Program-made: the position numbers and the translations under genes | The notes under the pieces: generated by a model | The model's input: the letters and a program-made list of their open reading frames with translations, nothing else | The model's database searches: none | Told to the model about the DNA's origin: nothing | Shown: positions 9,084 through 18,780 of the stretch, one piece after another | Layout: each line of letters opens with the position of its first letter | Position numbering within the stretch: the stretch's first letter is position 1 | DNA from: Candidatus Heimdallarchaeum aukensis | Lineage (GTDB): Archaea; Asgardarchaeota; Heimdallarchaeia; Heimdallarchaeales; Heimdallarchaeaceae | Assembly: GCA_021513695.1 (NCBI GenBank) | Contig: CP084166.1 | Span: forward strand, 1,024,001-1,088,000 | Length of the DNA: 64,000 nt | Direction: 5' to 3'

Positions 9084-9125
9084 TTTGAATATTATCCTTT
9101 ACTTTTTTCCAGCTCTAACCCTCTC
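9084..9125. repeat. Copy 2 of the 42-bp direct repeat.
   Basis: It matches 6625..6666. It is immediately followed by the CT-rich tract 9126..9300. Confidence 0.8.
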
Positions 9126-9300
9126 CCCTCTCCCATCTTTACAATCCTTCTTTCCCCTGAAATTATTTTTTTTGTTTCCTTTTTCTATATTCTCTTTTCT
9201 TTCTAACCAACCTTATACTCTTTTTCTTTACCTTTGTTCTTGTTATTGCTTTTGTTACTGTTTTTAGTCCTAGTTCTGTACTATTAGTTCAGTCTCTTTT
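9126..9300 (+). repeat. Polypyrimidine (CT-rich) low-complexity tract.
   Basis: Seen directly as cctctcccctctcccatctttacaatccttctttcccc..., with the same compositional style as 700..960. ORF 9085..9267 is an artefact. Confidence 0.7.
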
Positions 9301-9500
9301 TTAGGATAATCTGTGGATAGTAATTCTTCAAGAAATTAGAGGAAAAATATGAAATCAATAATAAACTTTCTCTAAATTGTCTTAAGGTCTTCTTCTAGTT
9401 ATAACCTCCTTACAAGAAGATGCTTTACTTTGCAACAAAATGAAAAATAAACTAAAGAAACTATTCATAGGGTTTAAATACTTATTTCTCGTATAGGCTA

Positions 9501-10637
9501 ATGATGGAAATAAACAAAATTTATCTTAAAGATTGTATAGAAGGTATGAAGGAACTTCCTGAAGATAGCATAGATTTAATATTTGCAGATCCACCATATA
9601 ATCTTCAATTGAAAAATGAATTATATCGACCTAATCAGTCATTAGTGGATGCTGTAAATGATGAATGGGATAAATTTTCATCATTTGAAGAGTACGATGA
9701 TTTTACAAAAAAGTGGTTATCAGAATGTAGGAGGGTGTTAAAAAAAACAGGTTCTATATGGGTAATAGGGTCGTATCACAATATATTTAGAATCGGAAAA
9801 ATAATGCAAGATTTAGGTTTCTGGATATTAAATGATATCATTTGGATAAAAACAAACCCTATGCCAAATTTTAGAGGTACTAGATTTAATAATGCACATG
9901 AAACTCTGATTTGGGCTTCGAAAAATGAAAAAGCTAAACCTACTTTTCATTATAAAGCTATGAAGGTATTTAATAATGATAAACAAATGCGAAGTGATTG
10001 GTATATTCCAATTTGTATAGGAAAAGAAAGGTTGAAATTAAACGGAAAAAAATTACATTCTACACAAAAACCTGAAGCATTGCTATATAGAATAATAATA
10101 TCAACATCAAATGTAAATGATATAGTGCTTGATCCTTTTATGGGTTCAGGTACTACAGCTGCAGTAGCAAAGAAACTAAGAAGGAATTTTATTGGTTTTG
10201 AAACAAATGAAATATATGTAAAAGCAGCAAGAGAGAGAGTTGTTAAAGTCATACCCATGGATCCTGACATTTTGGATTATAAAGTGGAAAAAAAACCACC
10301 AAAAGTTCCTTTTGGTACTTTAGTAGAACATAATTATATTAAAGCTGGAGATTGGCTTTATTCAAAAGATATGAGATATAAAGCAATAATAAAAGCAAAT
10401 GGGTCAATTGAATATCAAGGTAAAAACGGTTCTATTCATAAAATTAGTGCTCAAATTTTAAATAAAAAAGCAAATAATGGATGGGATTTTTGGTATGTAA
10501 AAGAAAACGATAATCTTGTATCGATTGATACTATTAGAAGAAATTATGCAAGTAAAAACATGAATTATATGAATGATGAAATAGATATGAGAAATAAAAA
10601 AGTAACAGACAAACTTTTAACTAATTACTTGGAATAA
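9501..10637 (+). CDS. CcrM/M.HinfI-family beta-class N6-adenine DNA methyltransferase (probable GANTC specificity) with the CcrM-type C-terminal domain.
   Basis: Motif IV DLIFADPPYNLQL precedes motif I VLDPFMGSGTTAAVAKKL. Near-colinear matches to Caulobacter CcrM as I recall it include WVIGSYHNIFRIG, LGFWILNDIIWIKTNPMPNFRGTRFNNAHETLIWASK, KQMRSDW, HSTQKPEALLYRII, and C-terminal PKVPFGTLVE...GSIHKISAQIL...NGWDFWYV. Confidence 0.9.
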   Translation: MMEINKIYLKDCIEGMKELPEDSIDLIFADPPYNLQLKNELYRPNQSLVDAVNDEWDKFSSFEEYDDFTKKWLSECRRVLKKTGSIWVIGSYHNIFRIGKIMQDLGFWILNDIIWIKTNPMPNFRGTRFNNAHETLIWASKNEKAKPTFHYKAMKVFNNDKQMRSDWYIPICIGKERLKLNGKKLHSTQKPEALLYRIIISTSNVNDIVLDPFMGSGTTAAVAKKLRRNFIGFETNEIYVKAARERVVKVIPMDPDILDYKVEKKPPKVPFGTLVEHNYIKAGDWLYSKDMRYKAIIKANGSIEYQGKNGSIHKISAQILNKKANNGWDFWYVKENDNLVSIDTIRRNYASKNMNYMNDEIDMRNKKVTDKLLTNYLE

Positions 10638-10642
10638 TCTTC

Positions 10643-11512
10643 GTGCTTACTAATTATCTTCCCTATGAAGTTTTTAAAAGAATATTAACAAAGACAATCT
10701 TTCAAAATGCTAAAATAAGTTTATTAGAAAAAGTTGCTAAATATCCTTCAAGATATACAGGTTTATTTAGGCCTACCAAACCTAAATTAAAATTAATCCA
10801 GAACATTACTCAATCAAATGAAATTCTATTTGGCGATGCTTTTGAGATCATAATTAATGAATATTTGAATAGATTAGGTTTCTCTCCAATTAAAAAAAAT
10901 TATTCCTATAATGGAAATGACTTAATGTTTGATCAGATTGTAGGAAAAGAAAATACTATTATTTACATAGAACAAAAAATAAGAGATGATCATGATTCAA
11001 CAAAAAAAAGAGGTCAAATAGAAAATTTTGAGAAAAAGGGTGAATTATTATTGAAACTATATCCTGATTTCAAAATTACTGGTATAATGTATTTTATAGA
11101 CCCAAATTTAAAGAAAAATCGAAGATATTATATGCAAGAATTACAAAGAATAAGTACTCAATTTAATTTTGAAACTCATCTCTTTTATGGAAAAGAGTTT
11201 TTTGAATGGATAGGAAAAGATGAAATCTGGTTAGAAATAACAAGCTATTTATCAAAGTGGAAAGAAGAGATACCTGATTTTCCCACAATTAATTTTGATG
11301 AAAATCCCGAAGAATCTTTTGAGGAAATCAAGCATCTACAACCTAATTTACTGATAAAGCTTCTAAGAAATGATGCAATATGTAAGGAGATTTTTCCCGA
11401 ATTGTTCCCGGAAAAAACGACATTAAATCTACTTCTGGAATACTATATTCATGAAAGAGAAAAAAATAAGACTAATACAATGGTTATTGAACATTTAAAA
11501 AAAGTGTTGTGA
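10643..11512 (+). CDS. Putative Type II restriction endonuclease cognate to the CcrM-like methyltransferase.
   Basis: GTG start 6 nt after the methyltransferase stop. A candidate PD-(D/E)xK core lies at DLMFDQIVGKENTIIYIEQKIRDD (D...ExK). No other homology recognised. Confidence 0.45.
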   Translation: MLTNYLPYEVFKRILTKTIFQNAKISLLEKVAKYPSRYTGLFRPTKPKLKLIQNITQSNEILFGDAFEIIINEYLNRLGFSPIKKNYSYNGNDLMFDQIVGKENTIIYIEQKIRDDHDSTKKRGQIENFEKKGELLLKLYPDFKITGIMYFIDPNLKKNRRYYMQELQRISTQFNFETHLFYGKEFFEWIGKDEIWLEITSYLSKWKEEIPDFPTINFDENPEESFEEIKHLQPNLLIKLLRNDAICKEIFPELFPEKTTLNLLLEYYIHEREKNKTNTMVIEHLKKVL

Positions 11513-12322
11513 AAAAAAATCTAAAATCACAAAAAAGATCTATATAATTGTACGATTTTTTGTTCAAAAAAAAACTATCACCGTTTGATTGACATGTTAT
11601 AAAAATAGTTTCTGAAGAAAAACCTTTACATCCATTAACTCTCAGATGCTTTATACCATTATTTTGAAATAGATACTACATGCTTGAATTAAAATGAATT
11701 TCTGGACTAGTTGATTTTCCTTTCTTAATTATAAATTATATAATTTTCCTAATTGAATTGAGAGATAATTTTTCTTTTTCAAACCAAGCATGATCTATTA
11801 TAGGAGGTTTTAAACGGAGAAGATTCAAACTTTGGATATATATTCTACATATATTATAAATATTGTTTGATATTCATCATTTGAGTTTCTCAATAAAAGA
11901 TTATTCCATATTTTAGTTTCTAGTTTGAAGATTATGAATTATTTAATAAATGTCTTAAATTCGGGATACCTTTCTTTCATATTTTCCTCAGAATCATGTA
12001 ATGGAATTTGTAGTGTTCCTTTTACTAATATTCTATATTCCTCAAGTTTAAGAATATGATTTGATTATAGCAGTGTGCCATTACTTGTTATGTTTGTTGT
12101 TATTTTTTTCGATAAATGTAGAGATTCTGGTAAAGAAATAATGTTTTCAGTTATGAATTGTATATTATCATGAAATCTAACCTTCTTAATTTAACTCAAA
12201 TTAATTAAGTAGTAAAGATAATAAAAGAAGGTATCTAAATGTTTATTGCGGAGATTTATTATAGGGTTTTTAATTTTCATCTCCCACATCGAATAATACG
12301 CATTTATCAATAAATCCTTATA

Positions 12323-13342
12323 TTAATTAGAGCAATATGAAGTTTTATTTGTGAAAATTTCAGGATCATCTAGTTCTCTCAATCTTTTAAGTGTAACACT
12401 TTTCCATTTATCATAAAAATCAACTAAAATACCTTCTTTTTCCTTTAATGTTGGTTTTCCTGTATCATCATCCATAATAAATTCAAATCCGTAATCAATC
12501 TTAAAATTAAATTGATCTGTATGCAAAACTCTTTCATGAGGAAACTTAATATCGTTATCCAAAGATGAACAAAAATTATAATGTCGAACTTCAATATGAA
12601 TTGATGAGTTTGAATATAAACCAAGCCAGTCCATTATATTTTTCTTTGTTGATTGAGGATTATATCTATTTGCTTTCGGTGTTGTAGTACAAATAATAAA
12701 ATTGCCATTTCTTATATTCTCCTTTTCAAATTGTTTTACTAACCAATTTAATGTTTTATAGTGTCGCTTATTATTAACTAAATTTACACCAAGATATCTG
12801 TCCACAATCATTACTTCCTTTGCAAATCTGAATATCTTTTTGATAAATCTTGAATGCACTTCTGTTAAATTATTTAATTCTGCTAAGTTTAATGATGTAT
12901 TCTGTATTTTATTGTAGAAATCTATTTCTGTAATTAATTCCTCTGATACATAGCTACTACTCAATTTTCCAATTTCACACTTATTTCTACAATTATTGTA
13001 AGGAAGTATTATCCAATCTGGATTTTCTCTGCTTTGAATTTCACAATAAGCTATACATTCATCTTTTTTTTTCTTTCCTTCAATTTTAATTTCAATTATT
13101 CTTCTATTATTTTGCATATTCGAAAGCATTTCTTCTATGATGAGTCTTTCTTCTATTGGTATAAGTGAAAGGGTTTTTGATTTAATAGGTAAACTAAAAC
13201 CTTCTGGTTTTAGAAGTATACCGTTTTTTCTAAGGGAAATCAATAAAGAAACTAATATTTTAGAACGATACATAATAAGCGTAGAATTTTCAGAATTGTC
13301 ATCTAAAATTTTAGGAGATAATACAAATGTCTGTACCGTCAT
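12323..13342 (-). CDS. Partner protein of the ABC ATPase, 339 aa. It carries a Cys4 element with a possibly degenerate HNH-like scaffold.
   Basis: Its start overlaps the upstream stop (ATGA, 13339-13342). ECIAYCEIQSRENPDWIILPYNNCRNKCEIGK has Cx3C...DWIILP...Cx3C, reminiscent of the HNH DHIIP/CxxCN arrangement but with W in place of H. Confidence 0.4.
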   Translation of the reverse strand: MTVQTFVLSPKILDDNSENSTLIMYRSKILVSLLISLRKNGILLKPEGFSLPIKSKTLSLIPIEERLIIEEMLSNMQNNRRIIEIKIEGKKKKDECIAYCEIQSRENPDWIILPYNNCRNKCEIGKLSSSYVSEELITEIDFYNKIQNTSLNLAELNNLTEVHSRFIKKIFRFAKEVMIVDRYLGVNLVNNKRHYKTLNWLVKQFEKENIRNGNFIICTTTPKANRYNPQSTKKNIMDWLGLYSNSSIHIEVRHYNFCSSLDNDIKFPHERVLHTDQFNFKIDYGFEFIMDDDTGKPTLKEKEGILVDFYDKWKSVTLKRLRELDDPEIFTNKTSYCSN

Positions 13343-15249
13343 TCAAATAGCTCCTTATAACTTAGATCAAAGAAATCATCTGGCCATTCATTTATAAAAT
13401 TACCATGTTTGTCAAATTCGATAGGAACTATATTAGCTCCTAGTTTTGTTTTTTCAACAAATATAATTGATATAAGTTTTGGACTTATTTTCTTTTTCCT
13501 AATGAGTTTTTTGATTCGTAGAATTAATTGTTGACTATGAGTTTCAATTATAAATTGTTTTGATAAATTCCTTTTAACATGTTCAACAAAAAATTCTCCC
13601 AATTCAGCTTGCAATCTTGGATTAAGATGTATCTCTGGTTGTTCTATTAAAAGAATTTCATTTGGTTTATTTGACATTATCGTTTGTACAAGAATGGGGA
13701 GAACCTGACTCACACCAAATCCAATATCCGGTAATGCCACCGGATATTTTGTGATATTATCTTCGAATTTCAAGGAATATACCCCTGATAGTTTGTCTTT
13801 ATCTGCTGTATATGAGACTGTGTAACCGATTTTTAGTTTTTTCAACCAATTATTTAGTTCATTTATTTTATTTTTATATGAATAGATAAAATCTGCTGTT
13901 TTTGATCCTGAAACACCTACATTAATAGGTCTACTCCCTCCAAATATGTAATATCGAGATGGTTTATCTCTAAGAGGACCAATAAAAGTAATGCTCTTCA
14001 TCAATTCAATGAATTGATTTCTATTCTCTTCAGTCACGTCATAATCAAAATATAAATTCTTTTTTCCATGTTCAAGTTTAAAAAACGTGTTGATTTTAAG
14101 TAATTCACCTTTAATTGGATTACCAACAAATTCAATAGATAAATTATGATGAATAAACTTAATTAATTTGTTAATTAGATCTGTTTCTATCTCCGATGGG
14201 TCTTTAAACATAATAATTCTAAATAATTTCTCAATTTTCATATTAATTGATTCTTCAATTAGAATCCTAAAATCATGATCGATTAAAATATCATCTTTTA
14301 TTTCATTTAAACCAATTTCAACCTTTTTGCAAATTTTTTCAATTATTTTATCTTTTTTTAACAGAAAAAATTTGTTTTTTTCTAATTCTCTTCTAATTTT
14401 TTCTACTATATTTTTAATTTCAATTTTTTTCGCTTGACTATTTTCCTGATAAATTTTCAATATAGTTTCTATAGGAACTTTAATATTAATCGTAGGAATT
14501 TTATCGTTATCAAAATGAATCTTCTTTTCAATTTTTTCTTCTATATCAAAGACATCAATTTTAAATTTCTCTTCATATGCAGAATAAGAGATTATAAATG
14601 GTGTATCAATGTTTTCAACAATTGTGATTTTCTTGTATCCTCCAGATATTGACTCTCTCAAAAACGGTAAAAGAATCATCGGTATAACTCTTTCTGTACT
14701 TATTTTTGAAAGAGAACAAGTATATTTTATCCGCTGATAAATCCTAGAATTTTCTGTTTTGCAATATACTAATTTTGCTGAAATTAATGATTTTTCAATC
14801 TTTTTGCCATAATTTCTAGATATTCCCCATATTATTTTATCTAAAAGAATGTAAGGTCTCTCTTCAATCTTTTTTGAAATGTATGTTAAGTTGATTTTGA
14901 ATTTTTTAAAAATCCTTTCCTTGTATGGTGAAATATGAAGATAATCTGAGGATCGCCACTGTAACCCAATTTCAACTCTTTTTCTAGTATCATGACCAAA
15001 AACAATTTCTTCGAAAGGTCCAATATCAACATAAGTCCCTTGATGTAGAAGAACATTATTTGGGTCATTGTCTTCTATAGTTTGTTTTAAGGCTAAAAGT
15101 GATTTCAAAATAGATGATTTTCCACTACTATTTTCTCCAAATATCAGTGTAATCGGTTTACATGGTATTCTAGAGCCCTTTTTTCCAAAGGCTTTAAAAT
15201 TTCTTAAATAAATTTCAGTTAACATGAACAAACACCAAGTTTCTTTCAT
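13339..15249 (-). CDS. ABC/OLD-type ATPase of the AAA_15/AAA_21 kind, similar to the ATPases of Septu PtuA, PARIS AriA and AbiL.
   Basis: N-terminal LTEIYLRNFKAF...ITLIFGENSSGKSSILKSL is the Walker A. C-terminal ILLIEQPEIHLNPRLQ is the Walker B/D-loop, and FIIETHSQQLI is the H-loop. A long insert separates the two halves. Confidence 0.8.
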   Translation of the reverse strand: MKETWCLFMLTEIYLRNFKAFGKKGSRIPCKPITLIFGENSSGKSSILKSLLALKQTIEDNDPNNVLLHQGTYVDIGPFEEIVFGHDTRKRVEIGLQWRSSDYLHISPYKERIFKKFKINLTYISKKIEERPYILLDKIIWGISRNYGKKIEKSLISAKLVYCKTENSRIYQRIKYTCSLSKISTERVIPMILLPFLRESISGGYKKITIVENIDTPFIISYSAYEEKFKIDVFDIEEKIEKKIHFDNDKIPTINIKVPIETILKIYQENSQAKKIEIKNIVEKIRRELEKNKFFLLKKDKIIEKICKKVEIGLNEIKDDILIDHDFRILIEESINMKIEKLFRIIMFKDPSEIETDLINKLIKFIHHNLSIEFVGNPIKGELLKINTFFKLEHGKKNLYFDYDVTEENRNQFIELMKSITFIGPLRDKPSRYYIFGGSRPINVGVSGSKTADFIYSYKNKINELNNWLKKLKIGYTVSYTADKDKLSGVYSLKFEDNITKYPVALPDIGFGVSQVLPILVQTIMSNKPNEILLIEQPEIHLNPRLQAELGEFFVEHVKRNLSKQFIIETHSQQLILRIKKLIRKKKISPKLISIIFVEKTKLGANIVPIEFDKHGNFINEWPDDFFDLSYKELFE

Positions 15250-15317
15250 TCACACTCTTGATGAATTCTTTACAAATTTATGTAATAAAAATAAAAACTT
15301 TTCTGGAATATCTATGT

Positions 15318-18300
15318 TTAATTTTCACTAAGATATTTTATTATTTTAGGAAGTAGGAAAACATTTTTTCTTAATGTTGAAAAACTTAATGCTTCTCCTA
15401 GAAGTGTGTGAACTTGTTTAGGTATTTTTCCAAACATTGGATGACTAACTACATATCCATAGGTAAATGATTTGAAATTCCCACTTTCTATTATTACACG
15501 CATTGGCTCTTCCAACAAGCTCATATCACCAAAGTAAATGCTTGATAATGGTGATGATAATGCTCTTAAACGTTCAATAGTTGCTTTTTCAATATCTTCA
15601 CTCAAAAAAATATCACTATCTTCTATTATATCAAGAGTTATTAATAAATATGAATCACCAGCAAATATAATTGGTGGACTTAAAAGTTTACTAAATTTTT
15701 TTGCTAATGAAAATGCATTATTTGTTGAGTTGATAAAATGATATAAGCTTGGATATTTTCTACTTTTTTCATCTTTTTTTACATTTCTTCCATAATAAGT
15801 TCTGACCATCTTTTCTAAGTAGTTTAATCCTTTATTTATTGTGTATAAGTTTCGAGGTTTTTCCAGATAATTAAGTATTTCTTGTTTATCTGTTTTGTCA
15901 TAAGCTTTTACTGTTACACGAAAACCTTTTGCTATTTGTTGATTAGTGACTTTATAGAATAGATAAGAAGGTATCGTCATATCATTCCATCTACCTGCTT
16001 CATTAAATGTAAGTATAAATTCAGGAGAGGGATATAATCTGAAATGGTTTAATGCTGTTTTTATAGATGGAAAATAATTTTTCAAAAAATCATCTAAATA
16101 GATATTATCAACTGAAAATGCTCTTTTACTAACTCTTCCAAATAGACTGAATTTTCTTTTAGTTCTTTCCGAAATCTTGCTTCTGCTAAAAACTGGTAGG
16201 ACATGTTCATTATTGTTGATTAGTATATCTCTAATAAAACTTCTTAACTGATGAAATTTGATATTTTGATCTTTTAGAGTGGCATTTTTGTTCAAAGCAG
16301 AAATCATAGACACTAATCTTGGCTTCAAATCTGTTTCTTCTCCTCTCATCCTTTTAATTACTTGCCTAAAATATTCTAGATTGATCATAGAATCGAAATA
16401 AGTTGTTGAGCCATAGTCTGTTTTTAAGGGGAAAGGAGGAAGGATAATTAAAATTTCATGCCATGAATATGTAGTTCCAAATGCTAATGAAGAGGTTCCT
16501 ACTATATTTTTTTTAGGTGTTTCTTCTATTAATAATGTGTCACGAGAATCGTGAGTAATAGAAACTGCATCATAATTGTTTAAATGGAGGTATTCTACTA
16601 ATGAATCTACAAACTGTTTATTGTTAACATAAAAAATTACTTTACCCTCTTGTAAATATTTTTCAAATGATTTTTTTCTATTGTCAATTCGTGATTTTTT
16701 TACAAGCTTGTCTAATATTTCAAAAATTTTTTTAAAATTTATTTCCTCTTCATATTTACCCTCACAAATAAATGATGCTGCACAATAATCAATATTGAAA
16801 TTTAAGAGATATCTCAGAAAAATACCTTTAATCGGAGTATTAATTATTTTAAATTCCTCTGGTTCTTGAATGTCTTCATTAAAATTAGTTATTTGAAATT
16901 GTGTCATCCATTTTTTTGAATTTGGATCAACTAATGTGTTCAACATGGAAATTACTAATTTCATACTTGTGATAGATGCATCAGTAATTACAAAGCGAGG
17001 AACATTTATGTTATTATTTACCATTAATCGATTCCTTGCTTCTATTAGTAAATCAATAAAATTTTTTGCAACTGTTGGTCCAGAATTAGTTAATTCATCA
17101 AAGATGAACATATATGTCTTTGTGAATAGTAATTTCCAATTGTATGATTGTTTTAGAAAATAATCTAAAGCTTGGGAAGATACTAATATAACTTTTTGTC
17201 CTTGTTTCTCTAGTGCTTTTTTCAATCGATTTCCTGTTTCACTGAAAATTGTTTCATACCCCTTAAGTGTTATTGGATCTCTTATTAACTCTTTTTCTCT
17301 TTTACCAATAATTAATTCTAAATGGACATTTTTTTCTATATCATTTTTGATTAATCTTTGAATTTTATCTTTAGTTTGTATTAAGGTTGTAATTCTTGGA
17401 CAGAAATACAGAATAGTAAAGTTTTTTTTAGTTTTTGCAAGCTTTTTAATATAATTTGCAATCACATAATTTTTTCCAACACCTTGAGATGAACCATTTA
17501 TTATTATATTATAACAATCATTGGTTAATAATTTTAGGAAGTTCTTCTCATGTTCTTTTCTTACATTTTCTATTTCGTTTCTAGTAACACTCTGTCTTTT
17601 TACGATAGAAGGTTGAATCTTCTCTTTAGTTTCAGGATAAGCTTCAATAAATTCTGTTTTTTCATCCTTCAAAATTATTTTTAACTCCTCTCCTCTAGTT
17701 CCTTCAAAAAAATACATTCTTTTATTGTTTTTTTCTTTTATTCTCATCGATATTTTTCCACTCATAAATAATTCAAAAATTCGTCTTCTTTCAAAATCTT
17801 CCAATATATATTCTTTCTTTTTACCAAATTCTGTTTCCACTATAGTACTAGGAATCAAGTTACATAGAAATCGTAATATTTTCCTTAAATCGGTTTCAGA
17901 TTTAATATGAAAAGAAGATATAGCTCCAGGTAAAACTATTTGAACTTCAATCTCACTGTTATAATTTTGAGTTTCGTTATAATATAATTGTGCATAGGAG
18001 AATACTTTTAAGTATTTCTGGAGAGCTGTTGCAATTCTGTAAAAATCTCTTGCAGGAATCTTTTTGTTCTTATGTAAATTTAGTTTTCTTAGTTTTTCCT
18101 TTGAAAAATCTTCGACAATTAATTGTTCAATATAATCTTGAAGTAATCGCTCTTTCGTCATATTTACAAAAAATATATATGATTTAATATCGCCAATACA
18201 TAAGAACTCGATTTGGTTCATTTCATAATTAAAGGCTTCCTCTTGATTGTTAGATGTTTTCTTTCTAATGATTATAAAATCAGGTTTTTTTTCCCTAAAT

Positions 18301-18779
18301 GTTGGTTCTATAAATATTTCTAATTCTGTATCTGGTTTTTTCCATTCAAGATTTGCATTTAGTAATACCGATATTGAACATTGAAATCCTGTTTTTATCA
18401 TTCTTAAGGCTGTATATCCCACTTTTTGTTCTTCCAAAATATCTGTGATTTCTCTTTCATCAATCTTTAAGTCTGTTCTAAACATTTGCCTTTTTTGAAA
18501 ATAATTTTTAAATATTAAGTACGAATCTGTGATGCTTGATTTTCTGATAAATAAATCGATTGCTTGTTCTATCTGTATTCCAATTACATTTTCAAGATAT
18601 GAATTCAACTCTATTCTATTTTCAATATCTAAAATAGGTGGTTCAATTCTTATGCCTACAAAAGGTTTAATGTTGTAGCATTTTGATTTTGACGCAATTC
18701 CAAGAAAGAATCCAAATTCAAGTGCTTCTCCATATATTAATGGTGCTATTCTATTAATTTTCTTTTCGTAATTTACCAT
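15318..18779 (-). CDS. Large (1153 aa) P-loop NTPase or helicase-like protein with a possible N-terminal PD-(D/E)xK nuclease fold.
   Basis: Central Walker A IIINGSSQGVGKNYVIANY, Walker B-like YMFIFDELTNSG, and a possible motif III at VITDASIT. The N-terminus has ELEIFIEP...KKPDFIIIRKK...EFLCIGDIKSY (E..PD...DxK-like). Its start lies 1 nt after the stop of the upstream 973-aa gene. Confidence 0.55.
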   Translation of the reverse strand: MVNYEKKINRIAPLIYGEALEFGFFLGIASKSKCYNIKPFVGIRIEPPILDIENRIELNSYLENVIGIQIEQAIDLFIRKSSITDSYLIFKNYFQKRQMFRTDLKIDEREITDILEEQKVGYTALRMIKTGFQCSISVLLNANLEWKKPDTELEIFIEPTFREKKPDFIIIRKKTSNNQEEAFNYEMNQIEFLCIGDIKSYIFFVNMTKERLLQDYIEQLIVEDFSKEKLRKLNLHKNKKIPARDFYRIATALQKYLKVFSYAQLYYNETQNYNSEIEVQIVLPGAISSFHIKSETDLRKILRFLCNLIPSTIVETEFGKKKEYILEDFERRRIFELFMSGKISMRIKEKNNKRMYFFEGTRGEELKIILKDEKTEFIEAYPETKEKIQPSIVKRQSVTRNEIENVRKEHEKNFLKLLTNDCYNIIINGSSQGVGKNYVIANYIKKLAKTKKNFTILYFCPRITTLIQTKDKIQRLIKNDIEKNVHLELIIGKREKELIRDPITLKGYETIFSETGNRLKKALEKQGQKVILVSSQALDYFLKQSYNWKLLFTKTYMFIFDELTNSGPTVAKNFIDLLIEARNRLMVNNNINVPRFVITDASITSMKLVISMLNTLVDPNSKKWMTQFQITNFNEDIQEPEEFKIINTPIKGIFLRYLLNFNIDYCAASFICEGKYEEEINFKKIFEILDKLVKKSRIDNRKKSFEKYLQEGKVIFYVNNKQFVDSLVEYLHLNNYDAVSITHDSRDTLLIEETPKKNIVGTSSLAFGTTYSWHEILIILPPFPLKTDYGSTTYFDSMINLEYFRQVIKRMRGEETDLKPRLVSMISALNKNATLKDQNIKFHQLRSFIRDILINNNEHVLPVFSRSKISERTKRKFSLFGRVSKRAFSVDNIYLDDFLKNYFPSIKTALNHFRLYPSPEFILTFNEAGRWNDMTIPSYLFYKVTNQQIAKGFRVTVKAYDKTDKQEILNYLEKPRNLYTINKGLNYLEKMVRTYYGRNVKKDEKSRKYPSLYHFINSTNNAFSLAKKFSKLLSPPIIFAGDSYLLITLDIIEDSDIFLSEDIEKATIERLRALSSPLSSIYFGDMSLLEEPMRVIIESGNFKSFTYGYVVSHPMFGKIPKQVHTLLGEALSFSTLRKNVFLLPKIIKYLSEN

Positions 18780-18780
18780 T

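Noticed and set aside
9085-9267. Track ORF 9085..9267 in the second CT-rich tract.
   Set aside because: Low-complexity translation (SPLPSLQSFFPLKLFF...) with no start context. Compositional artefact.
13339-15249. Whether the 636-aa ATPase is a Gabija GajA/OLD protein with a C-terminal TOPRIM nuclease.
   Set aside because: Walker B and the H-loop are at the extreme C-terminus (split ABC fold with a long central insert). That leaves no room for a TOPRIM domain, and no DxD/E TOPRIM motifs were seen.
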